Positions 1 to 8,674 of a stretch of DNA of 64,000 nucleotides are shown in pieces. This stretch comes from Bradymonadia bacterium. Its GTDB lineage: Bacteria > Myxococcota_A > Bradymonadia > UBA7976 > UBA1532. The notes under the pieces are model-generated. The model was not told the origin of the DNA. It ran no database searches and was given only the letters and a program-made list of their open reading frames with translations. The stretch is taken from contig JBKAGE010000034.1 in NCBI GenBank assembly GCA_046290225.1, positions 96,001-160,000 of the forward strand. Reading direction: 5' to 3'. Within the stretch, counting starts at the first letter, position 1, and every line of letters starts with the position of its first letter. A program made the translations under genes and the position numbers.

Positions 1-517
1 TGCGATTGGGGCGCATGTACTTCCGGGCCCCCCAGGCGAGGGCCGCGGTGATCAGCACGTGAATCCAGAGCACGGCGCCGGGCTGACGGCCAGAGAGCGT
101 GAGACCCAGCTCGAGGGCCACGGCGTAGAGCACTGGTACGCCCCAGGCACCAGAAGGTCGGGTGGCGATGAGCCAGGCCACCAGAGCCGCCGGGGCCACC
201 CACAGGTGACCGGCGTAGTCACCGGCGAGACGCGTGACGATGAAGGCTCCGGTGATCCACAACAAGGGGCCCTCAATGGCCCCAAAGGGGTGTCGGGTAA
301 AGCCCTCGCGACGAACGCTCCAGTCCCTCACGCCGGCGGCGATGAGGCCGATGATGAGCACCGCCGGCCAGAGCCACCCGCTGCCCGAAACGTCGAACAC
401 GCCGGCCACGAGGGAGGCGCCCGCGAGGGCACACAGCCCGATCATCCACCAGCCTTGAACGATCTCGAAGGCCACCTCGGCCTGCTCACCCCTCCGTGGG
501 GCGCCTGCAGTCTTCAT
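1..517 (-). CDS. Multi-pass membrane protein, N-terminal part only (runs off window start)
   Basis: Not in the ORF track. Manual translation from ATG at 517 gives MKTAGAPRRGEQAEVAFEIVQGWWMIGLCALAGASLVAGVFDV..., open to position 1 with several hydrophobic helices. The ATG overlaps the ftsB stop (ATGA). Confidence 0.7.
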   Translation of the reverse strand, partial: MKTAGAPRRGEQAEVAFEIVQGWWMIGLCALAGASLVAGVFDVSGSGWLWPAVLIIGLIAAGVRDWSVRREGFTRHPFGAIEGPLLWITGAFIVTRLAGDYAGHLWVAPAALVAWLIATRPSGAWGVPVLYAVALELGLTLSGRQPGAVLWIHVLITAALAWGARKYMRPNR

Positions 518-1005
518 GGTTGCTCGCGGCCTGTTCTGGCGTGGCCGGACCGCCCCTGACGCTTCGAGCGCACGTGCGTGTCGGACGATTTCCGAGGGCG
601 TTTTTTGCTCGGCGACCGCTCGACGAACTGATACACCCGCTCACCAGGGCGAATCATACCGAGATTGCCATGGGCGTATCGCTCGATTGAGGGGCCGCCC
701 TGCTTGAGATCCTTGATCTCCACCTGAAGTCGGTCCACTTCAGCCTGTAGCACCTTGTTGCCGGCCTCCAGCGCCTCGAGGTGGGCAGCGAGACGACGCC
801 CGCGGCTGGCCTGCTCGGGGTTGGTGGACAACCACACCGTGAGACCGATGAGCGCACTCACCGCCACCACCGCCGCCAGGGAGAGCGCCCTGGACCACAC
901 GCTGGACTGCGGATAAGTGTCGACAGCCTCTGGGGAAATGCCCACAGCCTCGGCCTCCACAGTGGGGCCGTGATCAGTCAAATTCTGGTTGAGACGGGTA
1001 TTCAT
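514..1005 (-). CDS. ftsB: Septum formation initiator FtsB/DivIC family protein (start uncertain)
   Basis: One TM helix, a coiled coil (LEALEAGNKVLQAEVDRLQVEIKDLK) and the family motif IERYAHGNLGMIRPGERVYQF. Confidence 0.75.
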   Translation of the reverse strand: MNTRLNQNLTDHGPTVEAEAVGISPEAVDTYPQSSVWSRALSLAAVVAVSALIGLTVWLSTNPEQASRGRRLAAHLEALEAGNKVLQAEVDRLQVEIKDLKQGGPSIERYAHGNLGMIRPGERVYQFVERSPSKKRPRKSSDTHVRSKRQGRSGHARTGREQP

Positions 1006-1104
1006 GAGACACAGCGAAGGCGGTGGACATCCGCCGACATACTCGCTGTACCATTCATCGGGCTCGGCGTCCAAAAACCGGCCTGTGGTGGGCGTCAGCG
1101 CAGA

Positions 1105-1524
1105 TCAGCCTCCATTGCGGTACACCACGCTCACTTGAAGGCTCAACGCCTTGGCCATACCCATCACCTGTACCACCTTGCCATATGAGACCTCTTGATC
1201 ACCGCGGATCAGCACCACGGTGTCGGGGCTCTCGTTCGCCGCGCGGGTGAGCATCACCTCAAGCTCGGCGATGCCCACAGGCTGCTCCTCCTCACCGGCG
1301 ACGAGGGTGCCATCGGCCTGGATGGTGATGGTGAAGTTCTTCTGGGGGGCCGAGGGAGCCTCCACAGCGGCGCTGGGCAGATCGACGTCCATGCTCGGCG
1401 CCTGGTTGTTCACATAGCTCGACGTGAGCACGAAGAAGATGAGCAGCTGGAACACCACGTCGACGAGGGCAGTGAGATCCACCACGGTGGAGTTGCGCTT
1501 CTTGAGGCCCTCTTGGAAGTTCAT
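1105..1524 (-). CDS. exbD: ExbD/TolR biopolymer transporter
   Basis: DLTALVDVVFQLLIFFVL TM motif, VDLPSA and VLIRGDQEVSYGKVVQVMG. Confidence 0.9.
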   Translation of the reverse strand: MNFQEGLKKRNSTVVDLTALVDVVFQLLIFFVLTSSYVNNQAPSMDVDLPSAAVEAPSAPQKNFTITIQADGTLVAGEEEQPVGIAELEVMLTRAANESPDTVVLIRGDQEVSYGKVVQVMGMAKALSLQVSVVYRNGG

Positions 1525-2213
1525 CCCGCAGCCTCCGACGGCTGGGTCTCCGTCGCAGGAGCCTCTGCGACAGGCTCGCCAGCAGGCTCTTCGACGGTCA
1601 TGAGGTTGAGCAGGTCGAGGGTGACCTCTTCCATCTCGAGGGCCAGGCGCTCCACCCTGCTCGAGAGGAACTTGTAGGCCACGAAGGTGGGCACCGCCAC
1701 CACCAGCCCCGCTGCAGTGGTGTAGAGGGCCAGTGAGATGCCGTTGGCCAGGCTGCCCGGATCGACGGCCCCTTCTGTGGCCACCTGACCGGCCACGAGC
1801 GTGTCGAACATCTTGATCATGCCGATCACCGTCCCGAGCAGGCCCAGGAGCGGCGCGATGGCGGCGATGGTGCCCAACACCTCGACAAAGCGGTTGAGGG
1901 CGCTCACCTCGAGCCGCCCCACCTCTTCGAAGGCTTCTTTCACCACGCTGCGACTGCGACCGGAGAGCTTGAGCCCTGCCGCGGCGACGGCGCTCACAGG
2001 TGACGGGTTGCCCTCACACAATGTGAGGGCCTCGTCTGCCCGACCAGCGACGATCTTCTTCCGAAGAAGCTGCACGAAGGGCATCGGGATCACCCGGCCC
2101 CGCTGCAGGGTGTAAAGGCGCTCCAGGAACACCGCCAGCCCGACGACGAGCAGGATGATGATGGGGTACATCAACAACCCGCCCTTCTCGAGGAAGTCTT
2201 GAATCTCGGTCAT
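1521..2213 (-). CDS. exbB: MotA/TolQ/ExbB proton channel protein
   Basis: LGTIAAIAPLLGLLGTVIGMI and GISLALYTTAAGLVVAVP motifs. Overlaps the exbD start. Confidence 0.9.
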   Translation of the reverse strand: MTEIQDFLEKGGLLMYPIIILLVVGLAVFLERLYTLQRGRVIPMPFVQLLRKKIVAGRADEALTLCEGNPSPVSAVAAAGLKLSGRSRSVVKEAFEEVGRLEVSALNRFVEVLGTIAAIAPLLGLLGTVIGMIKMFDTLVAGQVATEGAVDPGSLANGISLALYTTAAGLVVAVPTFVAYKFLSSRVERLALEMEEVTLDLLNLMTVEEPAGEPVAEAPATETQPSEAAG

Positions 2214-2767
2214 CTGGCCCTCGCTGGGATCAGCTCCTGTGCTCGCCGGCGAATGTACCCCAGGGGGGTCATGCCGACGAAGGTGTCAACGTGTCGGCCG
2301 TCGGCATCCACCAGGAATGCCGCGGGGATGGTGCGGACCGTGCCGAAGGGGGTGTCCCCTCTGAGCATGCCCTCGTCGGCGAGCAGCACCGGGTATTGAA
2401 TACCCATGAACTCGACGAATTGCTCCACCAGCTGTCTGGGATTCAAATCGAGCGAGATGGCGACAACCTTGAAGCCTTCGATGGCCGTGGGGCCGTCCAC
2501 CATGTCGTTGAGGGCAGGAATTTCGGCGATGCAGGGGTCGCACCACGTGGTGAAGAAGGTCACCAGGACCACCTGCCCCCGAAAATCAGAGAGGGACACC
2601 CGGCCACCTTTGATGTCGTCGAGGCTGAAGTTGACGGTGGTGGCGAGCTTGCCGCCGGGACCCGAGATCGGAGGCTTGACGCCATTGTTTCGGGCTCTGG
2701 GGCCACCGCCACAGCCGACGGAGAGCAGCAGAGCCAGAGCCGCGAGGCATTTGATTGGGCTGATCAT
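2210..2767 (-). CDS. TlpA-like thioredoxin-fold lipoprotein (disulfide reductase)
   Basis: Likely start MISPIKC..., lipobox LSVGC, FFTTWCDPC active site and TIP cis-Pro motif. The ORF-track N-terminal extension is antisense to the next gene. Confidence 0.85.
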   Translation of the reverse strand: MISPIKCLAALALLLSVGCGGGPRARNNGVKPPISGPGGKLATTVNFSLDDIKGGRVSLSDFRGQVVLVTFFTTWCDPCIAEIPALNDMVDGPTAIEGFKVVAISLDLNPRQLVEQFVEFMGIQYPVLLADEGMLRGDTPFGTVRTIPAAFLVDADGRHVDTFVGMTPLGYIRRRAQELIPARAR

Positions 2768-2812
2768 GGCCGCCGAGTATGCCCAGGGAGGCCGAGGGAG
2801 TAAACTCGGCCC

Positions 2813-3655
2813 ATGCGCACTTTCGAAACGAAGATCTTCATCGGACTCACTTGCCTGCTCACGGGCTGCCTCGACGCCGACGTTCGTCGCGGCGATCACG
2901 CCCTCGGGGCGGGCGAGTATCAAGCCGCCATCGCTTTCTACGAGCTCGCTCGGGAAAGATTGCCCGAGGCCGAGGTGCCTGTGACGCGGCTGGCGTCGGC
3001 ACATCGCGCCCTCGCCACCCACCATCTCGAGAAAGATGCCTGCGCCGAGGGGCGCACACACTTCGCCGAGGCTGAGGCCCTCACTCGACCGCTCCTGCCC
3101 GATCGGGAGGCGATTCATGCGTGCTTGCGACGTACGAACGCCCCGGAGGCCGACCGGGTCGTCGCCCTCAAGGCCATGGTCGAGGCAGGCGATCAACGCA
3201 CCAGCACGCTGCTCTCGCTCCTCCGCGGGCACTTGTCCCTCGGAGAAGACGAGGCGGCAGTGGCGCTGCGGCCCACCTTGATCGAACGTCACGGCATCAC
3301 CCCTGAGGACCAGCGTCAGCTGGCCATGGCTTTCATCAGACTTCAGCGTTTGCAAGATGCTCGAGCAGACCTCGAAGTAGCGGTGACGCACCACCCTGAA
3401 GACGCCTTGCTCAGACTGAAACTCGGCGAACTCTACGAACAATCCCAGGACCTGCCCCGGGCAGAGCAGGTGTATCGCGATCTCACTCGAGATTTTCCCC
3501 GCAACCCCTTGATTCATCAAAGGTTGGGCGCCTGCCTGCACAAGCAGGGGAAACTTCAGGAAGCGGCAGACGCCGAGGCCGCAGTGCGACGCCTGAGAGG
3601 TCAGACGGCCCCGCCCAAGCGCAAATTGAGGCCACTGCGAAAGAGTCGACGCTGA
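2813..3655 (+). CDS. TPR-repeat lipoprotein
   Basis: Lipobox LLTGC; TPR-like helices (LKLGELYEQSQDLPRAEQVY, RLGACLHKQGKLQEA). Confidence 0.7.
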   Translation: MRTFETKIFIGLTCLLTGCLDADVRRGDHALGAGEYQAAIAFYELARERLPEAEVPVTRLASAHRALATHHLEKDACAEGRTHFAEAEALTRPLLPDREAIHACLRRTNAPEADRVVALKAMVEAGDQRTSTLLSLLRGHLSLGEDEAAVALRPTLIERHGITPEDQRQLAMAFIRLQRLQDARADLEVAVTHHPEDALLRLKLGELYEQSQDLPRAEQVYRDLTRDFPRNPLIHQRLGACLHKQGKLQEAADAEAAVRRLRGQTAPPKRKLRPLRKSRR

Positions 3656-3703
3656 GTGATGATTTAAGAGGTCCGCGCATCATGGCGGACCCTCGAGAGG
3701 ATC

Positions 3704-4600
3704 TCACGGCAGGTTGGCGGAGACCTTTTCTGGTGGAGAAGACCGCACGAGGGTGCCGTTCTTGTCGATGCGGCCGCCCACACGGGCCCGCCAGTCCAGG
3801 GCGTTGGGTGCCAGGTCGAGCGGGCAGTCCCGCTCGTGGCGACCATCCACCTCGGCCCAGGGGCCGTCGAAGGTATTGCAGCCGACGACGAGGGCGCTCC
3901 GGCGGGCTCTGACACCCACCTCCATCCCCACAAAGCGGTTGTCGGCCACCCGGCCCTCGGCGTCCAGCTCCAGCACCGCTACGCGGGTGGAAGGCAGCCG
4001 GCCGAGGTAGGTGATCGTGTTGCCCGTGATCTCTGCTGGCCCTTCTGCGGAGACGAAGACCGCGGAGGTCCCCGATCCCGGCAGCACCCTCAGAGTAGAC
4101 TCGGCGATGTGTACCTTGCCCGGCACATCGCGGATCACCATGGCCAGCTCTCCTGCTTCAACGTGCAGGTCGGCGAGATCCACCGACTCCGCCCCTTGCA
4201 CCCAGATGCCGGTGCCAGGCGCCATGACCGACACCTTGGTGCCTCGGATTGGACCTGCCTGGTGAACGTGCACCCCGTCGATGCCCGCCCTCAGGCGGAG
4301 GGCCTGCAACTCGGCGTGGCCGATCTTCTCGAGGTGTAGTGCTGCCCCGGTAGATCTGACGTCGAGGGTGCTGATCGTCACCGAGGGTGCTCTCTCTACA
4401 GCTAGGTCTCCCTCGATTCGGGTGCCCTCTCCCCCTTCGATCTTCACCCCATGACTTGAGGTGATCTTCACTTGCTCTCGATAGGTGCACTGCGGGGCAA
4501 GGCGGATGTGCACCGGGCTGTCGAACTCACCAGAGATTGTGCCGCCACATGGCACGTCTACCGGCGAAAAGGTCATCAGAATGGTCAACAGTGCATACAC
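3704..4600 (-). CDS. Secreted protein, probable right-handed beta-helix repeats
   Basis: Short signal-like N-terminus and repeated beta-helix-type strands (GVHV, GIWV, ITGNTIT, VADNRF, VGCNTF). Confidence 0.55.
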   Translation of the reverse strand: MYALLTILMTFSPVDVPCGGTISGEFDSPVHIRLAPQCTYREQVKITSSHGVKIEGGEGTRIEGDLAVERAPSVTISTLDVRSTGAALHLEKIGHAELQALRLRAGIDGVHVHQAGPIRGTKVSVMAPGTGIWVQGAESVDLADLHVEAGELAMVIRDVPGKVHIAESTLRVLPGSGTSAVFVSAEGPAEITGNTITYLGRLPSTRVAVLELDAEGRVADNRFVGMEVGVRARRSALVVGCNTFDGPWAEVDGRHERDCPLDLAPNALDWRARVGGRIDKNGTLVRSSPPEKVSANLP

Positions 4601-4683
4601 CGGCGCCTCCTCGGGGTTGGGCCGTCCCCTGGAGTACGGTGTGCAGGTGGGGGCTCTTGAGGAGCGGGTCCGGGCCCTGGGTC

Positions 4684-7602
4684 TCAGGGCTGCTCGATCA
4701 CCTCAGGCTCGGGGCCTGCGTTGAAGGTGAGGCTGTAGACGCTGTAGCTCGTCTGGAAGGTTCCAAAGAGTTCGTTGTAGGTGAAATCTTCGTAATCGAA
4801 GCGCCCCTCAGAGAGGAACGGCACGATGGTCAGGAACAAGGTGCCCTGCTCCGGCAAGCCCACCTCACCGAGGGCTTCGGGGAGCGGTGGCAGCGTGATC
4901 TCGGTCACAGGCCCGGGGGTCACCACCGTCCACAGCGTGCGGCCCCCCTGATTGACGATGCGGACCACGGTGGCGTCGGCGGGCTCGATGGGACCACTCA
5001 CGCCGTCGTGGAACCTCCAGGAGAAGGTGCGGCCGAAGCCCAGGGGATTGTCTTCGCTCGGCGTGAGGGGCACGGGGGTACCCACAAAGGGCCCGATGTC
5101 CACCCCTGCGGCCCAGTCCTCGCTGTCCTCGAAGGCCACCGAATACGGGTAGGGCGAGACAGGCAGCCCTTCTTCGTCACGGGCTGGGGGCCGGGCGTCG
5201 GCGATCCACGTGACCTCGATGTCGGCATCCATCGCCTGAGCATCGGGCATGTAAGGCACCAACATCAGAGGAGATCTACCCTCTGCGCCGGTATCGAGCT
5301 GCCAGAACCCCTCGCTGCCGAGGTTCAGATAGGGTTGCGCGGTGTAGACCTCGGGCGCGCCTGGCTCACCCCCGGGGGGGTTGAGCAAAGTGATGGGCAC
5401 CTCGACGTCACAGGGGATGTTCACGGGGATCTGGATCTCCGCGAGCTCCTCCCCGGGGCTGAGGCTGAGGAACCGCTGGAAACCGAGCGCGATGGGGGTA
5501 AAGCTGCCCCGCATGCCCCAATAGTCGATGAGGCCGTCGGTGTAGGCCCGCAACGCCGAGCGGCTCAAGTAGCCTGCGCTCACCACCACGGCCAGCTCAC
5601 CTGGGCGGGTGAGGATGTCGAACTCACCATCCTCGAACAAGATGCCATTGGGTGAGGGCGCTGCCTGGAAGGCCCGGTTGCCCTGAGCGGTATGGCTCGT
5701 GTCGACGAAGGCGACGAGCAACAGGCTCTCGTCGAGGGGCTTCTCCAAATCGGCCATGCCGGTCACCCGCCCAGTGACCCGACCGGGGAGAATCGGCTCC
5801 TGAGGCCCGCCGCCCCCACCCTCTGGGAGTTGGAACGGCCGCAGGTACATGGTGACGTTCTCAGTGGTGATGCGATCGAAGGTGTTGGCCTCGTAGCCTG
5901 CCGCCACCCCAGTGGCCCGCATGGGCGCCCGCAGACCCCACTGAGAGAGAGTGGCCTGCCCCTGAACGTCGGTGAAGGCGGAAAGTGGCGGGCCCTGAAG
6001 CTCATCGAAGGGCTCACCGATGACCGTGGCCCCCTCGATGGGCTCGCCGGTGTAGAAGTCGAGCAGGGTGAAGTTCACCGAGCCGTTGATGGTGTCCCCC
6101 CAGATGCCCCCGAGGCGGCTGGTGGGGTTGAAGTACTCAAAGGCCTCTTGAAGCAGCGCCGAGCTGGTGCCGTTGTCGGCGATGAGGTCGACGGCCCCGG
6201 GCTGGCCCGGGGGGATCACCGCCCGGAGCGTGCTGTCGTCGATGACCTCGATGACCCGCATGTCCTGCCCGTCGAGGGTGAGGGTGATGCGATCGTCGAA
6301 GCCCGCCCCCACCACCTGTACGACGGCGCCACCAGAGACCGCACCACGGGGCGGATCGACGTTGAAGACCTGGACCTGGGTGTAGAAGGTCAGCGCCCCC
6401 GGCCGATCGACGCGCCGATCGCCGTCGACGATGCTCACCGTGGCGGCCCCCTCGGGGTGAGGGCCCGCTTCACAGGCCAGCACCTGGGGGGCTTCCAGGA
6501 GGCAGGGCGTCTGAGCGCCGTCCACCTCGACCTGGGTGGTCTCGCCAAAGCCGGCGCCGATGACCCAGAAGGGCCCGCCGAAGGTGGGCAGCTGCTCGGG
6601 GATCACCCCCTCGAGGGTGAAGCCTTCAGCGGTGCCGTCCACGTAGAAGAAGGCGTCTTCAGCGGCCCACTCGCCGTTGATGTTGGTCACCGACACCGAG
6701 GTGGGCCCCACCCCAGCCCCAGCGGGGGTCTCAACGATGAGCCGGCTTCGGCCCGGATCGCCCTCAAGCACCACGGCCTGCTGGCCGCCGAAGCGCACCT
6801 CTGACCCCAGGCTCAGGCCAGAGCCCTGCAGGGTCACAGTGTCTCCCCCGGCGAGGAACCCCCACCGCGGGCGAATCTGCTGCACCGAGAGGGCCTCGGT
6901 GTAGGCGAAGGCCTCGGGCATGCGGAGCTGGCCGTTGGCGTTGCTCACCACCACGTCGTACACCCCAGGCTCTGCAGGGGGCGCCTGAGCGATGATGCGG
7001 TTGCTGTCGGTCACCGTGACCGAGAGTGCCGGGGCATCGCCAAAACGGACCTGAGTGGGGTCGAGGAAGCCGCGACCTTCGATGGAAACCTGAATGCCTC
7101 CACTCGCTGGGGCCCGGTCAGGAGAGATCGAGTTCACCTCGAGGGGCTCGAAGTAGGTGAAGGCGTCTTCAGCCCGAGAGGGGGCGCCGCCCACTGGCCA
7201 GCGCACAAAGACGCTCACAGACCCCGCGATCTCTACAGGTGGGGTGGTGCACAGAATGTGGTTCTCGCTCTCCACCACCGGATCGGTGCACGCCTGGCCG
7301 CCGATCTGCACCGAGGTGCCCTCGATGAACTGCTGGCCGACGATCCGCACACGGGTGCCGCCGTCGATGGGCCCTCGAGCGGGGATGATGGAGTTGACGA
7401 TGGGGCCATCCGGATCCTCCATCGATGCATCTGGGATCACCCGGGCGTCTGGCTCGGGCGCCGGTACACCGCGGTCGAACTCATCCACCGAGCGGTTGAG
7501 ATCGCGCTGGCCTCCACCCCCTTCACAGCCGGTCGCCGCCCAGGAGAGGGCCACGATGCCCAGGGCGGTCAGCAGAGAGCGCAGGCGATGCGGTGAGATC
7601 AT
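4684..7602 (-). CDS. Large lipoprotein with about five IPT/TIG domains
   Basis: Lipobox AATGC, then five IPT starts (PARGPIDGGTRV, PDRAPASGGIQV, PRWGFLAGGDTV, PEQLPTFGG, PPRGAVSGGAVV), each ending in an F-x-Y-type strand. Confidence 0.8.
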   Translation of the reverse strand: MISPHRLRSLLTALGIVALSWAATGCEGGGGQRDLNRSVDEFDRGVPAPEPDARVIPDASMEDPDGPIVNSIIPARGPIDGGTRVRIVGQQFIEGTSVQIGGQACTDPVVESENHILCTTPPVEIAGSVSVFVRWPVGGAPSRAEDAFTYFEPLEVNSISPDRAPASGGIQVSIEGRGFLDPTQVRFGDAPALSVTVTDSNRIIAQAPPAEPGVYDVVVSNANGQLRMPEAFAYTEALSVQQIRPRWGFLAGGDTVTLQGSGLSLGSEVRFGGQQAVVLEGDPGRSRLIVETPAGAGVGPTSVSVTNINGEWAAEDAFFYVDGTAEGFTLEGVIPEQLPTFGGPFWVIGAGFGETTQVEVDGAQTPCLLEAPQVLACEAGPHPEGAATVSIVDGDRRVDRPGALTFYTQVQVFNVDPPRGAVSGGAVVQVVGAGFDDRITLTLDGQDMRVIEVIDDSTLRAVIPPGQPGAVDLIADNGTSSALLQEAFEYFNPTSRLGGIWGDTINGSVNFTLLDFYTGEPIEGATVIGEPFDELQGPPLSAFTDVQGQATLSQWGLRAPMRATGVAAGYEANTFDRITTENVTMYLRPFQLPEGGGGGPQEPILPGRVTGRVTGMADLEKPLDESLLLVAFVDTSHTAQGNRAFQAAPSPNGILFEDGEFDILTRPGELAVVVSAGYLSRSALRAYTDGLIDYWGMRGSFTPIALGFQRFLSLSPGEELAEIQIPVNIPCDVEVPITLLNPPGGEPGAPEVYTAQPYLNLGSEGFWQLDTGAEGRSPLMLVPYMPDAQAMDADIEVTWIADARPPARDEEGLPVSPYPYSVAFEDSEDWAAGVDIGPFVGTPVPLTPSEDNPLGFGRTFSWRFHDGVSGPIEPADATVVRIVNQGGRTLWTVVTPGPVTEITLPPLPEALGEVGLPEQGTLFLTIVPFLSEGRFDYEDFTYNELFGTFQTSYSVYSLTFNAGPEPEVIEQP

Positions 7603-7652
7603 GTTCGTTCCTTCTCTGACGTCTTCGGCGCGCACTGCACCTCAGAAGCAAG

Positions 7653-8624
7653 TCACAGGCCAGCGCTCGGTGTTCGCTGAATGCACGCCCAGAGGTGAAG
7701 GTGCATCTGAAGATAGCGAATCACCGGCTCCGGCACAGGACGCCCTTCTTCGAGCCACTTGTCGGCGAGCCCTCGAGCCCCCTGCCACACCTCAGGCAAT
7801 TGCGCAGCGCCATCGAGCCATGCCTCCATGACCGGTTCGAGGTCTGCGCCCAGCACCCGGCGACACTGGGACACAGCCCAGTGGTGATCCCGACGCCGAG
7901 GTTGCATCCCCAAGGCCAAATGCATCTGCCGTTTCAGGCTGCTCAGGTGAAGTCGCCCCTTGGGCACGCTCCGCCAGAGAGACCGGGACTGAAGCCCCCA
8001 CGAGAGCGCGTGGGCCCTCAGCAAGTGCACGACCTCATCATCTTCATCGGCGTGTCGGAGCCCTGCACTGAGCACACACCGACCCAGAAAATCTACGCAG
8101 CGGAGAGGGTCCTGCAACATCCGCTCGTCCGTGGCAGGCACTCCAGGCCAATGCTGCAGCGCCCCTTCGGCGAAGAGACCCGGACCCGTGCCCACGACGA
8201 CACGCTCATCGTGGCCGGACCACCTCGGGATCGCCGAGAGCCCGCAACTCGGAGACTTGGACTTCAAGACGAGCCCGTCGATGTGCCCATGGAGTCGATG
8301 TGCTCGGGCGGTGATCAGCGAGGTCGTCCAGTCTCTCCCATGGATGTCGATCATGGCCACACCCGCGGCGTCGACGTGTAGATTCACCGGCGGCCGGGGG
8401 ATCGGCATCCCCGCCTCGACCTCGGGGCAGATCGCCACGACGGTGGCCACAGACTCGAGGGCTGCCTTCAGCCCTGGCTGTTGCTTGTGATCGCCGTCGT
8501 AACGCACGGGATCACCCAGTAGACAGCGGCTCACCATCACCCGTGGTCGCGGCAGCCCAGCGATCTCCCCAGCGATCTCTCCTGGCGACCGCCCGTCGGG
8601 TCGCTGTGTCGCCTCCATCTCCAC
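7653..8624 (-). CDS. DUF523 (2-thiouracil desulfurase-like) family protein with divergent C-terminal region
   Basis: VSRCLLGDPVRYDG, CPEVEAGMPIPRPP, LKSKSPSCG and GPGLFA motifs. Confidence 0.8.
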   Translation of the reverse strand: MEMEATQRPDGRSPGEIAGEIAGLPRPRVMVSRCLLGDPVRYDGDHKQQPGLKAALESVATVVAICPEVEAGMPIPRPPVNLHVDAAGVAMIDIHGRDWTTSLITARAHRLHGHIDGLVLKSKSPSCGLSAIPRWSGHDERVVVGTGPGLFAEGALQHWPGVPATDERMLQDPLRCVDFLGRCVLSAGLRHADEDDEVVHLLRAHALSWGLQSRSLWRSVPKGRLHLSSLKRQMHLALGMQPRRRDHHWAVSQCRRVLGADLEPVMEAWLDGAAQLPEVWQGARGLADKWLEEGRPVPEPVIRYLQMHLHLWACIQRTPSAGL

Positions 8625-8674
8625 CTCGCGCCTGCCCTCTCTTCGCCTTGCACCAGAGTCTGACGGCGGTCATC

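Noticed and set aside
2768..3541. N-terminal extension of the 443-aa TlpA ORF, and similar extensions on ORFs ending at 43111, 62883, 63799 and starting at 32271
   Set aside because: The extensions overlap real neighbouring genes or intergenic DNA. Internal starts give proper signal peptides or coupled overlaps.
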